Shown here: in pieces, positions 1 through 9,270 of the stretch
Numbering within the stretch: the stretch's first letter is position 1
Layout of the letters: each line of letters starts with the position of its first letter
From: Acidobacteriota bacterium
GTDB lineage: Bacteria; Acidobacteriota; UBA6911; RPQK01; JAJDTT01
DNA length: 64,000 nt
Direction: 5' to 3'
Assembly (NCBI GenBank): GCA_965209055.1
Contig: OZ242374.1
Location: 2,720,001-2,784,000 of the forward strand
Translations under genes and position numbers: made by a program
The notes under the pieces: model-generated
The model's database searches: none
What the model was told of the DNA's origin: nothing
The model's input: only the letters and a program-made list of their open reading frames with translations

Positions 1-1
1 C

Positions 2-640
2 GAGGACCGGCCCATCCTGTTGCGGACCTTCATGGAGGGAGTCGGCACCCATGCCATCGCCGTGGGTTTTCCCCAGGGGATCCATTTCGCCTTCGATGCC
101 TTGGAGGTCCGGTCCAAACTCCTCTGGAGAGGGCGGTTCCTCAACGCCGAGTCCACCTGGTCCAATCGCTTTACGCCCTTCGTGCAGCCCTTGAGCGAGG
201 ATCGGGCCAAGCTGCCTGAAACCATGCCCCTGGCGTTTCTGGAGAGCGGCCTGAGCCCCTGGCCCGGCGGGATGGGCAAACAGGCGGGTTACCGGATGCG
301 TGGATTCCGGGTCTCGCCTTCCGGCGAACCGACGTTCCTCTACAGTTTGCGGGGGATCGCCGTCCGGGAACAGTTGATCCCGTCCCAGGACAACGTCTGG
401 TTTAGGCGGACTCTCGATCTCACCGGCGACGGCGAATCCGTCTGGTTCCTGGCGGCGCGGGCTCCGGAGATCGAATCCCGGGGCGCGGGACTCTATTCCG
501 CCGGCGGTCTCAAGATCCGGCTCGGTGAGCCGGAAGCCTCCATGGCCGTGCTCCGCCGGTCGGGCGGAGCCGGCGAGTTGCTGCTGCCGGTCCGGTTCCG
601 GGATGGGCAGGCCCGGATCGAACAGGAAGTCTCATGGTGA
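2..640 (+). CDS. C-terminal part of a large PVC-type secreted/cytochrome c-associated protein (5'-truncated by window)
   Basis: Frame open from base 2. Motifs 'RTFMEGVGTHAIAVGFP', 'LWRGRFL', 'YRMRGFR..GEPTFLY' resemble C-termini of planctomycete-type cytochrome c proteins. Stop overlaps the next start. Confidence 0.55.
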   Translation, partial: EDRPILLRTFMEGVGTHAIAVGFPQGIHFAFDALEVRSKLLWRGRFLNAESTWSNRFTPFVQPLSEDRAKLPETMPLAFLESGLSPWPGGMGKQAGYRMRGFRVSPSGEPTFLYSLRGIAVREQLIPSQDNVWFRRTLDLTGDGESVWFLAARAPEIESRGAGLYSAGGLKIRLGEPEASMAVLRRSGGAGELLLPVRFRDGQARIEQEVSW

Positions 641-2133
641 AACGTATCGGCCTCCTGTCGGCATTGGTTCTGATGTTCGCCGCGGACCTGGACGCGCAGG
701 AAGAGGACTTCTACCGCATCGTCACCCTCCCCGTCCCGGAGACCGTCCCCTTCGAGGTCAGCGGCCTGGAACGGCTGCCCGACGGACGGATAGCCGCGGC
801 CATCCGGCGGGGAGAAGTCTGGTTGGTGGAGGGCGCCTACAAGGAGCCGGCCGAGGGGCTCCGATTTCGCAGGATTGCCCAGGCCCTCCACGAGCCTCTG
901 GGACTGGTTCGCCACGGCGACTCCCTCTATCTGGCCCAGAGGAGCGAGCTGACCCGGCTCCGGGATCTCGACGGCGACGACGTGATCGACGAGTATCTCA
1001 CCGTCACCGACGACTGGGGCCTCACGGGCCACTACCACGAATACGCCTACGGCCCCCGGGTCGACGGGCGCGGGGATTTCTGGATCACCCTCAACGCCGC
1101 CATCGGGAATCTGACCGCCGATGCCGATGCCTGGCGGGGCTGGGCCGTGAAGGTGACTCCGCAGGGCCGCCTGGTCCCGGTGGCGACGGGTCTGCGATCG
1201 CCTTGCGGGATCGGAATGAACGGCCGCGGCGAAGTCTTCACCACGGACCAGCAGGGAGGGTGGGTCGCCACCGGCGCTCTCCATCACGTTGAGGAGGGAG
1301 ACTTCTACGGACATCCCGACGGTCTCAAGTCGTGCTCCCTGCCCGGTTCGCCCGTCGTCTGTCCGGAGCGGATCCCCACCGGCATCACCGTCGTCGACGC
1401 GGCCAAGCAGATTCCGGGGTTCAAGTTGCCGGCGGTCTGGTTCCCCTACCGGAAGATGGGCCGGAGCGCCACCGACCTGGCGTGGGACCATTCGGCAGGC
1501 CGCTTCGGTCCCTTCCAGAGACAGCTCTTCGTGGGGGATTTCACCGACGCCATGATCTCGCGGGTGTTTCTGGAACGGGTAGGTGGACAATACCAGGGCG
1601 CCTGCTTTCGTTTCCGGGACGGATTTCAGAGCGCCGTCGTCCGCCTGGTCTTCGGAGCCGACGGCTCGCTGTTCGTGGGGGAGACCAACCGCGGCTGGAA
1701 TTCCCTGGGCACCCGTTCCTACGGCTTGCAACGCCTGGTCTGGACGGGACGCACGCCCTTCGAGGTCCGGGAGATGCGGGCCCTGCCCGACGGCTTTCGG
1801 CTCACCTTCACAGGACGCCTGGATCCGGACCGGGCCGCGCAGACCGATTCCTACCGTATGATCAGCTATACGTATCTCTACCATCCCGACTACGGCAGTC
1901 CGGAGGTCGAGACCAGGGAACTGACCCTGAGAGAGGCTCGCGTGGCCGCCGGCGGTCGATCCGTGGACCTGATTGTCGAGGGTCTCCGGCCAGGCTACGT
2001 TCACGAGCTGCACCTGCCCGGCATCGTCTCCGCCGAGGGAGAGGGACTGCTCCACGCACGCGCCTACTACACGCTGAACCGGATTCCGGCCTCCGACCCC
2101 GGCTCGGAGCCGCATGCCCGAACTCGTCCCTGA
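634..2133 (+). CDS. secreted beta-propeller protein (glucose/sorbosone dehydrogenase-like)
   Basis: Signal peptide; 'LHEPLGL', 'DLDGDDVID', 'YHEYAYG', 'GLRSPCG', 'DQQGGW' motifs. Confidence 0.7.
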   Translation: MVKRIGLLSALVLMFAADLDAQEEDFYRIVTLPVPETVPFEVSGLERLPDGRIAAAIRRGEVWLVEGAYKEPAEGLRFRRIAQALHEPLGLVRHGDSLYLAQRSELTRLRDLDGDDVIDEYLTVTDDWGLTGHYHEYAYGPRVDGRGDFWITLNAAIGNLTADADAWRGWAVKVTPQGRLVPVATGLRSPCGIGMNGRGEVFTTDQQGGWVATGALHHVEEGDFYGHPDGLKSCSLPGSPVVCPERIPTGITVVDAAKQIPGFKLPAVWFPYRKMGRSATDLAWDHSAGRFGPFQRQLFVGDFTDAMISRVFLERVGGQYQGACFRFRDGFQSAVVRLVFGADGSLFVGETNRGWNSLGTRSYGLQRLVWTGRTPFEVREMRALPDGFRLTFTGRLDPDRAAQTDSYRMISYTYLYHPDYGSPEVETRELTLREARVAAGGRSVDLIVEGLRPGYVHELHLPGIVSAEGEGLLHARAYYTLNRIPASDPGSEPHARTRP

Positions 2134-2154
2134 ACCGGCTGGCCGCCCGCTTCC

Positions 2155-3447
2155 TCAGGCGCTCAGAAACCAGGACTCCGGCACCCGCACGAGCTTGATT
2201 CTCCGGGTCCTCTTGCCCTTCTCGACCGTGTCGTACTGGTAGGTCATGAGCACCTGGTCGCCGGAGAAGGCCAGGGAGGGATAGTGGCATCGGAAGAAGC
2301 CGCTGGGGAGTTTGCCCGCCTTCGGGTTGACCCGGATGTGGGCCACCGGCGGAGGGGAAATCCGGCCGGCCGGTTCCAGGCCGGGACTGGAGTCCACCGT
2401 CTTGAAATTCTGCCAGGTCTTCCCCTCGTCGGCGGAGGTGGCCACCGAAAGGCGTGAACGATAGTACCCGCTTCGGATTTCGTCCCCGGAGGTCTGGTTC
2501 CAGATGACCAGCAGTTGTCCGGACTTGCGCAGCCGGTCCAGATCGCAGGGAACGTCGCCGGTGGAGAGGGCGGTGGGGCTCGCCTCATGCCAGTTCTCGC
2601 CGCCATCTTCGGAGCGGGTCTGGAAAAAGCGACCCACCTTGGTCCTCATGAGCATGAGAACAGATCCGTCCTTGAGCTCGGTCACCACCGGCTCGGCGGT
2701 TCCGCCGAATCCCCCCAGGCTCCTCTCCCCGGGAAGGGGCCAGACCATGATGGACCCCTTGGACCGCTGCCAGGTCGCTCCGCGGTCGTCGGAGAAATAA
2801 GCGAAGCAGCCGCTCATCTGAGGCCGGTGGGCGTGTCCTTCCAGGCCGATGGAATACCCGTCCAGCATTCCCGTGGCCATGGCCCGGCGGGTTTCGGGGT
2901 GAAGCCCGTTGAACTGCCAGTAAACGGGCAGCAGCAACCGTCCCGTGGAGAGCTCCGTCAATCGTCCGAAGGGAACCTGCAAGAAGGCGCCCGAAGAACC
3001 CGATCCGGGTCCCGGCAGGTCGATGTCCGATCCCTTCGACCAGTTCCGTCCGCCGTCCCGGGAGGTTGCGAAACGCAGGACTCGATGGTCCGCGTGGCGC
3101 GTCGGCGCACCGCTCAGTTCCTCGGCGTAGACCATGCCCACGGTTCCGCCTCTGAGAGGAACGAGATGGTTCCGCGTGACGTTCATGGGTTTTCCCTGCT
3201 GCATCAGTGGGAAGGGCTTTCCCCAGGTCTCTCCCCCGTCTCGGGAGAATGACCCGGAATTTTCGTTCATCAGGGTGAGAATATGGCCACGTTCCGACGC
3301 GGCCAGGATCCGTCCCGAGCCCGCCGGTAACAGCCCCTCGTAGGTGTGTCCGCTCGCCGAAACGGTGCCGGACGCCCTCAAAGCCGCGGCTCCCGCCATT
3401 GAGGTTGCCAGGAATTGCCGCCGGCTCAGGTTGTTTCTCTCTTGCAT
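2155..3447 (-). CDS. Tat-exported sialidase/BNR-repeat protein
   Basis: ATG 3447 after AAGGAG; 'LSRRQFL' Tat motif; several Asp-box SxDxGxTW repeats. Confidence 0.8.
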   Translation of the reverse strand: MQERNNLSRRQFLATSMAGAAALRASGTVSASGHTYEGLLPAGSGRILAASERGHILTLMNENSGSFSRDGGETWGKPFPLMQQGKPMNVTRNHLVPLRGGTVGMVYAEELSGAPTRHADHRVLRFATSRDGGRNWSKGSDIDLPGPGSGSSGAFLQVPFGRLTELSTGRLLLPVYWQFNGLHPETRRAMATGMLDGYSIGLEGHAHRPQMSGCFAYFSDDRGATWQRSKGSIMVWPLPGERSLGGFGGTAEPVVTELKDGSVLMLMRTKVGRFFQTRSEDGGENWHEASPTALSTGDVPCDLDRLRKSGQLLVIWNQTSGDEIRSGYYRSRLSVATSADEGKTWQNFKTVDSSPGLEPAGRISPPPVAHIRVNPKAGKLPSGFFRCHYPSLAFSGDQVLMTYQYDTVEKGKRTRRIKLVRVPESWFLSA

Positions 3448-3557
3448 GCCCACTCTCCTTGATTCCGCGTCGAGTTCAAGTTTCAATTCCGCGCTACGGG
3501 ACGCAGCCCGGGCATTGTAGAATGGGCGGCTTCCGAAAACGAGGAGAAGCGGCGGCG

Positions 3558-4079
3558 GTGAAGATTCAGCAGCCACGGGTTCCGGAGTCCAAGGTTCTCT
3601 CGCGAGACCAGATGGCCGCGGAGTGTGAACGGCTCCGGGACCAGAAACGGACCATCGTCTTCACCAACGGCACTTTCGACCTCCTCCACGCCGGGCATAC
3701 CACCTATCTGAACCAGGCCAGGGAATTGGGAGACGTGCTGATCGTGGGTCTCAACTCGGACGAGTCGATCCGCTCCATCAAGGGGGACAAACGGCCCATC
3801 ATCCGGGAGCCTTACCGGTCCCGAATGCTGGCGGCCCTGGAGTGTGTGGACTACGTGGTGCTTTTTGACGAGGATGAGCCCCGGAACCTGATCGCCGAAT
3901 TGCTGCCCGATGTGCTGGTCAAGGCGGAGGACTGGGCCCACTATGTGAGCGGCCGCGATGTGGTGGAGGCCAACGGGGGCCGGGTCGTTCTGGCGCCCCT
4001 GGTGCCGGGCCTCTCCAGCAGCGGGATCATTCGGCGGATTCGGGAAGTGTTCCAGGACCGGGAAGAGGAATCCCGCTGA
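3558..4079 (+). CDS. rfaE2: D-glycero-beta-D-manno-heptose 1-phosphate adenylyltransferase
   Basis: 'VFTNGTFDLLHAGH', 'GLNSDESI..KG..RPI', 'PDVLVK'; GTG start after GAGGAG. Confidence 0.9.
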   Translation: MKIQQPRVPESKVLSRDQMAAECERLRDQKRTIVFTNGTFDLLHAGHTTYLNQARELGDVLIVGLNSDESIRSIKGDKRPIIREPYRSRMLAALECVDYVVLFDEDEPRNLIAELLPDVLVKAEDWAHYVSGRDVVEANGGRVVLAPLVPGLSSSGIIRRIREVFQDREEESR

Positions 4080-4099
4080 AGAACCGAGGTTAGTGCAAC

Positions 4100-5086
4100 A
4101 TGCCCGTCCAGTACATCGTCACCGGCGGCGCCGGATTCATCGGCCGCAACCTGGTGGCGGCGCTCAATGCCCGGGGCCACGAGGACATCCTCATCGTGGA
4201 CCGTCTGGGCTCCGATCAGAAGTGGAAGAACCTGCTGGGCCTCTCATTCGTCGACCTGGTGGACCTGGGCGAGTTCCGGGACTTCATGGCAGACTCCACC
4301 ATCGACGAGCTGGAGACGGTCTTTCATCTGGGGGCCTGCAGTTCCACCACGGAGCGCGACGCCGACTACCTGCTGGACAACAACTACCGTTACTCCCAGG
4401 AAGTCTGCCAATGGTGCCTTTCCAGCGACGTGCGCTTCGTCTACGCTTCCAGCGCGGCCACCTACGGGGACGGATCTCTGGGCTACTCCGATGACGAGGC
4501 CCGGATTCCCCACTACCGGCCCTTGAACATGTACGGCTACTCCAAGCAGTTGTTCGACCATTGGGCTGCCAGGGAGGGACTCTTCGACCGGATCGTGGGA
4601 CTCAAGTACTTCAACGTCTTCGGCCCCTACGAGGATCACAAGGGGGAGATGAGATCCATGGTGCACAAGGCCTACGGCCAGATCGTCTCCACCGGAAGGG
4701 TCCGGCTCTTCAAGTCGCACCGGCCCGGATACGGCGACGGCGAGCAACTGCGCGACTTCGTCTACGTGAAGGACGCGGTGGACGTGACCCTCTTTTTCGA
4801 GGACCATTCCCGGGTTTCGGGACTCTTCAACTGCGGCACCGGGCGGGCCCGGAGCTGGAACGACCTGATGAACGCCTTATTTGCCGCCATGGGACGCTCG
4901 CCGGAGATCGAGTACATCGACATGCCCGAGTCCCTGCGCAACCAGTACCAGTACTTCACCCAGGCGGACGGGGCCAAGCTCCGGTCCGCCGGTTACGATC
5001 GCCCCTTCACTTCCCTGGAAGAGGCGGTCCGGGACTATGTGACGACCTACCTGGATCCGGTCCTTGGAGGGGCCGGCCCAGCCTAG
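4100..5086 (+). CDS. rfaD: ADP-L-glycero-D-manno-heptose 6-epimerase
   Basis: 'VTGGAGFIG', 'HLGACSSTTE', 'YASSAATYG', 'PLNMYGYSK', 'YQYFTQAD'. Confidence 0.95.
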   Translation: MPVQYIVTGGAGFIGRNLVAALNARGHEDILIVDRLGSDQKWKNLLGLSFVDLVDLGEFRDFMADSTIDELETVFHLGACSSTTERDADYLLDNNYRYSQEVCQWCLSSDVRFVYASSAATYGDGSLGYSDDEARIPHYRPLNMYGYSKQLFDHWAAREGLFDRIVGLKYFNVFGPYEDHKGEMRSMVHKAYGQIVSTGRVRLFKSHRPGYGDGEQLRDFVYVKDAVDVTLFFEDHSRVSGLFNCGTGRARSWNDLMNALFAAMGRSPEIEYIDMPESLRNQYQYFTQADGAKLRSAGYDRPFTSLEEAVRDYVTTYLDPVLGGAGPA

Positions 5087-5111
5087 ATCCACCAAGTTGA
5101 AAGGAGCTCAC

Positions 5112-5975
5112 GTGGCCGAACCTCTTCGCATTCTCTCCATCGGAGCGCATCCGGCGGACATCTTCGACCAGTGCGGCGGCACCATGGCCCATCACACCGC
5201 CCGGGGCGACTGGGTGGGCTGCGTCGTCCTGACCCACGGAGCCCGGGTCCACGACAAGGTCATCAGCGACTCCATGCACGGCCGGGAGACCATCCCTGAA
5301 GCCTCGGTCCTGGAGGGAATGATCGAGGAACGCTCAGACGTGAAGGCGCAGGAAGTCCGGCGCGCCTGCCGGCTGTTGGGCGTCGAAGACCTCTACTTCT
5401 TCGGGGCCGACGACTCCATCCTGCTGGTGACCGAGGAGGTGGTCCGGCGGCTGGCCCGGCTGCTGCGGAAGCTCCGCCCCAACGTGATCCTGACCCACTA
5501 CCCCAAGGAAGGGGACGGTGTGGCCCAACCCCATGCCATTACCGGCCAGATCGTCATGCACGCTATCCACTTCGCTCACTCGGTGGACCCCGGAGACCGG
5601 AATCCGCCGACAAAGGCAGCCCAGGTCTTCTTCTTCGGAACCGGAGCCGCGGCCGTCCCCAGCGACGTCTGGGCCGCCCGGGTCGGGGTCTACAACGACG
5701 TGCTGATCGAGATCACCGATGTGGTGGGCAAGAAGCTGGCGGCGCTGGACTGCCTGGAGAGCCAGGGGTACGGTGGCGCCTACGCCCGCAAGCGGATCGA
5801 AACGAGTGACGGAGCCTTCGGGGTCGGGGGCCGCGTCGCCTACGCCGAGGGTTTCATCAAGATGAACGCCGAGGTCCACACCTATCTTCCCGTGACCAGC
5901 CACGCCCTGCGGGTGGCAAAGGAGTCGGATCATGAGATGATGCGGCGCCACTCCTACCGGGTTCGGGTGGACTAA
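5112..5975 (+). CDS. PIG-L/LmbE family metal-dependent enzyme (HPAD variant)
   Basis: 'ILSIGAHPAD', 'LRKLRPNVILTH', 'KKLAALDCLESQ', 'YAEGF'; GTG after AAGGAG. Confidence 0.8.
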   Translation: MAEPLRILSIGAHPADIFDQCGGTMAHHTARGDWVGCVVLTHGARVHDKVISDSMHGRETIPEASVLEGMIEERSDVKAQEVRRACRLLGVEDLYFFGADDSILLVTEEVVRRLARLLRKLRPNVILTHYPKEGDGVAQPHAITGQIVMHAIHFAHSVDPGDRNPPTKAAQVFFFGTGAAAVPSDVWAARVGVYNDVLIEITDVVGKKLAALDCLESQGYGGAYARKRIETSDGAFGVGGRVAYAEGFIKMNAEVHTYLPVTSHALRVAKESDHEMMRRHSYRVRVD

Positions 5976-5989
5976 CGTAAGGAGTTTTT

Positions 5990-6745
5990 ATGACTTCCCT
6001 ATCTTTCAAACCGCGGGTGCCCGTCTTCGACGCCAACGTCAAGGTGGGCAATCACCACACCGAAGTCTCTCCCTGTGTCGACCGCGCCAGTCTGCTGGCG
6101 GAAATGGACTCCCACGGAGTGGGCCGGGCCGTGATCTACCATGCTCTGGGTGATCTGACATCCCCGGTGGACGGAAACCGGGCGCTGGAAGCGTGGCTGG
6201 GAGACGACGGCAGGCTTCACCCTCAATGGAGCGCCCATCCGCTGCCCCGTTCCCTGGATCAGTTGCAGGAGCTGCACGCCCGGGGGCGGGTGTCCAGCGT
6301 TCGCCTGGCCGGCCTGGACATCATCGATTTCCCATTTCGCCCCTGGGGTTACGACCCGCTCCTGAGCTGGCTGAGCCGGGAGGGGATTCCGTTGTGGGTT
6401 CCGCTGCCCGAGATGGACCCCGATGACATCGTGACCACGCTCCAGGCCTATCCCGACCTGGAGACGGTGCTGGTGGGGGCTCACTATATGCACGCCATGT
6501 GGGTTCAGCCCATGCTGAAGGCGCTGCCCCGGGCAAACCTGGAACTGAGCCGCTACGAACCCATCGGCCAGATCGAGGCGCTGTTTGAGGAGTTCGGAGT
6601 GAAACGTTTCGTTTATGGATCCTGGTATTGGCGCCTCGCCATGGGCCCCATGCTCTTCTATCTGCATCACGTGGGGCTGGACGACAAGGAACTTGCACTG
6701 GTTTGCGAAGGAAATCTGCTGAGAATCCTGGGAGTGAAATCATGA
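5990..6745 (+). CDS. amidohydrolase_2-like protein, metal ligands apparently degenerate
   Basis: 'LLAEMDSHGV', 'RFVYGS', 'GNLLRIL'; lacks the HxH motif (has 'DANVKVG'). Confidence 0.65.
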   Translation: MTSLSFKPRVPVFDANVKVGNHHTEVSPCVDRASLLAEMDSHGVGRAVIYHALGDLTSPVDGNRALEAWLGDDGRLHPQWSAHPLPRSLDQLQELHARGRVSSVRLAGLDIIDFPFRPWGYDPLLSWLSREGIPLWVPLPEMDPDDIVTTLQAYPDLETVLVGAHYMHAMWVQPMLKALPRANLELSRYEPIGQIEALFEEFGVKRFVYGSWYWRLAMGPMLFYLHHVGLDDKELALVCEGNLLRILGVKS

Positions 6746-7494
6746 TCGACGGTGTGCGAGTGATCGATTTTCATGGGCATGTGGGGGCCAACGACATCAT
6801 GGGGATGGTGGACGATCCCGACCTGATGCTGCACACCATGGATTCCTGCGGCATCGACGTCTCCTGCGTGTTCAACATCTACTATCCGGACGGAACCACG
6901 GGCAACGACATGACGGCCCGGTTCGTAGCCCGCCACCCCGACCGCTTCGTGGGCTTCGCCTACGTCTGTCCGTTGATGCCGGCCGACAGCATGGTGGTCG
7001 AGTTGGAACGGGCCATCGACACCCTGGGGCTCATAGCTATCAAGCTCTACCCCCCATTCGTTCACTGGTCCCTGGAACATCCCATTTGGGACCCCATCTA
7101 CGAGTTTGCCAACGAGCGGGAACTGGCGCTGATCCATCACACCGGTACCGAGTGGCAGGCCTATCCCAAGTTCCTGGCCGACGTGGCGCCCCGCTTCCCC
7201 AAGGTCAAGTTCGTCTCGGGACACTCGGGGAACACCCCCGTGGAACGGGCGCAGGCCATCGCCGCGGCCCAGGCCAACGACAACGTCTACCTGGAGACCT
7301 GCTCCACTTTCCGGACGCCGGGAGTCGTCGAGCAACTGGTGGAGGAAGGGGGAGCCGACCGGGTTCTCTTCGGCTCGGACACGCCACTGATGGATCCCCG
7401 CCCTCAACTGGGGAAAATCATCACGGCCCGGATCTCCGACGAGGCCAAGCGCCTGGCCCTCGGCGGAAACGCCGCCCGAATCCTGGGGATCTGA
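6742..7494 (+). CDS. amidohydrolase_2 family protein
   Basis: 'IDFHGH', 'IKLYP', 'GHSG', 'RVLFGSDTP', 'GGNAARIL'; ATGA overlap with upstream gene. Confidence 0.85.
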   Translation: MIDGVRVIDFHGHVGANDIMGMVDDPDLMLHTMDSCGIDVSCVFNIYYPDGTTGNDMTARFVARHPDRFVGFAYVCPLMPADSMVVELERAIDTLGLIAIKLYPPFVHWSLEHPIWDPIYEFANERELALIHHTGTEWQAYPKFLADVAPRFPKVKFVSGHSGNTPVERAQAIAAAQANDNVYLETCSTFRTPGVVEQLVEEGGADRVLFGSDTPLMDPRPQLGKIITARISDEAKRLALGGNAARILGI

Positions 7495-7560
7495 GACCCG
7501 GCTCACCGATATCCGGCCGGCCGCGACCGACACGACCCGAAACTCGCAGGAGACGAGCAA

Positions 7561-8841
7561 TTGGAGGAGGACCGCCAATCCTTGGAGACCGGAACCGCTA
7601 AGGCCGTCATGGCGACGCCGGCCATGGACCGGTACAACGGCCGGATCCTGATCCTGAAGTCGTTCCTGATCTATTTCGCCGCTCCCGTCGTCTACATCGG
7701 CATCGTCCAGGCGGCCCTCTGCGACCGCCTCGGCGCCAGCGCCACCGTGGCCAACCTGCCCGCCTCCACCTATCTCCTGGGTTCGCTGGCGCCTCTGTTC
7801 CTCTCCTGGGTCATCCCCCACCGGTGGACCCGCACCACGCTGGTCACGGCCTATCTGGTCACCATGTCGGCCTTCCTGATGGTTCTCGCCACGCTGATTC
7901 TGCCCGTTTCCAATGCCGTGCGGCTGTGGGCCGTCGTGGGGCAGGGCCTCATCCAGGGGGTGTCGGCGTCGGTGGCCCACGTCTACGGCTTCCAATGCCT
8001 GAAGCGCGGCACGACCCCCAAGGGCCGGGCCCGGGCGTTGAAGTGGGCCTACGCGGTGTCGCCGATGGCCGGGGTGGCCGGTTCCCTCTGGGCTCAGTTC
8101 GTCCTGGGAGGAGGCATCGCGGGGCTCTCCTTCCCCTATGATTTCGGCCTCCTCTACCTGACGGGCGTGCCCTGCATGGTGGCCATTTCCATCCTCTCCA
8201 GCCGGTATCGCCTGCTGGACGTGGAGGAGGAAAAGCCGCCCAACCTGCTCCCCTACCTCTGGCGGAGCCTTCGTTCCTTCTGGACCCTCCGGATTCTGCT
8301 TCTGGTGTGGCTGGCGTATTTCTTCTGGTATCTGACCATCAACACCATGCCCAACCTGTCGCTGTTCGCCCGCGAAGCCTTGAATCGGGAGCCGCAAGAG
8401 CTCTCGGGCTGGATGATGGCCCTCCGCTTCGGATTCAAGTGCGTGGGCGGATTCGTGCTGGGCGTGATCGCCATCCGGTGGGGATTTCGGGCGCCCCTGC
8501 TGACCTGCACCGGCCTGGTGGGCGCGGCCGTCCTCTGGGCCTGGTTCATCCCCGGACACCTCTACCTGCTGGCCTTCGGCATCATGGGCGCCGGAGAGTT
8601 GGGTGGCGTCTACTTCCCCAATTACGTCATCAGCATCTCGTCGGCCGCCGATTCCACCCGCAACCTGGCCATCCTCGGACTGGTGACGCCGGTGAGCAGC
8701 CTGGGCCCGGCCCTGCACGGCGGGCTCGCCGACACGCTCGGCTTTCCGGCCAGCTTCCTCTTCGGAGTGACGGCGGCACTGGTATCCCTGACGCTGATCC
8801 TGCGGCTCTCGCCCCAAGCGGCAAATGCCCCGCATCGGTAA
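7561..8841 (+). CDS. MFS-type transporter (start may be ATG 7609)
   Basis: About 12 hydrophobic segments; follows the hydrolase genes. Confidence 0.75.
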   Translation: MEEDRQSLETGTAKAVMATPAMDRYNGRILILKSFLIYFAAPVVYIGIVQAALCDRLGASATVANLPASTYLLGSLAPLFLSWVIPHRWTRTTLVTAYLVTMSAFLMVLATLILPVSNAVRLWAVVGQGLIQGVSASVAHVYGFQCLKRGTTPKGRARALKWAYAVSPMAGVAGSLWAQFVLGGGIAGLSFPYDFGLLYLTGVPCMVAISILSSRYRLLDVEEEKPPNLLPYLWRSLRSFWTLRILLLVWLAYFFWYLTINTMPNLSLFAREALNREPQELSGWMMALRFGFKCVGGFVLGVIAIRWGFRAPLLTCTGLVGAAVLWAWFIPGHLYLLAFGIMGAGELGGVYFPNYVISISSAADSTRNLAILGLVTPVSSLGPALHGGLADTLGFPASFLFGVTAALVSLTLILRLSPQAANAPHR

Positions 8842-9055
8842 CGGTGCGGATGGGCCAGCCTAATGTCGATCCGGCCAACCCGCCGGGTAAACATGCAGGT
8901 TGGCAGTTCGGTCCGGCTCGACCTCGACACGCTTGGTCAGGCTGCTCCATACGGTGCAATCCTAAGCCAGGTCGGGACTCTCCGAGGTCTGCCGTTGGCA
9001 GTTGATATTCTTGAGAGAAGTAGGACTCGGCAGTGCCGAATTCTCTTGAATGGGC

Positions 9056-9124
9056 GCAAACAAAGGGGACAGTCTGTTTTTTCACGCGCTCAAACAAAGG
9101 GCAAACAAAGGGGACAGTCTGTTT
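9056..9124 (+). repeat. tandem direct repeat GCAAACAAAGGGGACAGTCTGTTT
   Basis: Two identical copies of about 24 bp. The core GGGGACAGTC recurs in reverse orientation at about 52601, 55346, 56112, 56270 and 56365. Confidence 0.75.
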
Positions 9125-9270
9125 CTTCACGTGGTTCCCGCAAAATCAGAAGCCAAGTTTCGCCGGGCGGCCCATGCCCTGGGATACGCTCTGTCCCTGC
9201 CCAGACGATCTCTTCGTTGAACTCGATGTATCCTGCGGTCGACGACCTTCGAATTCGGAGACCCTGAGCC

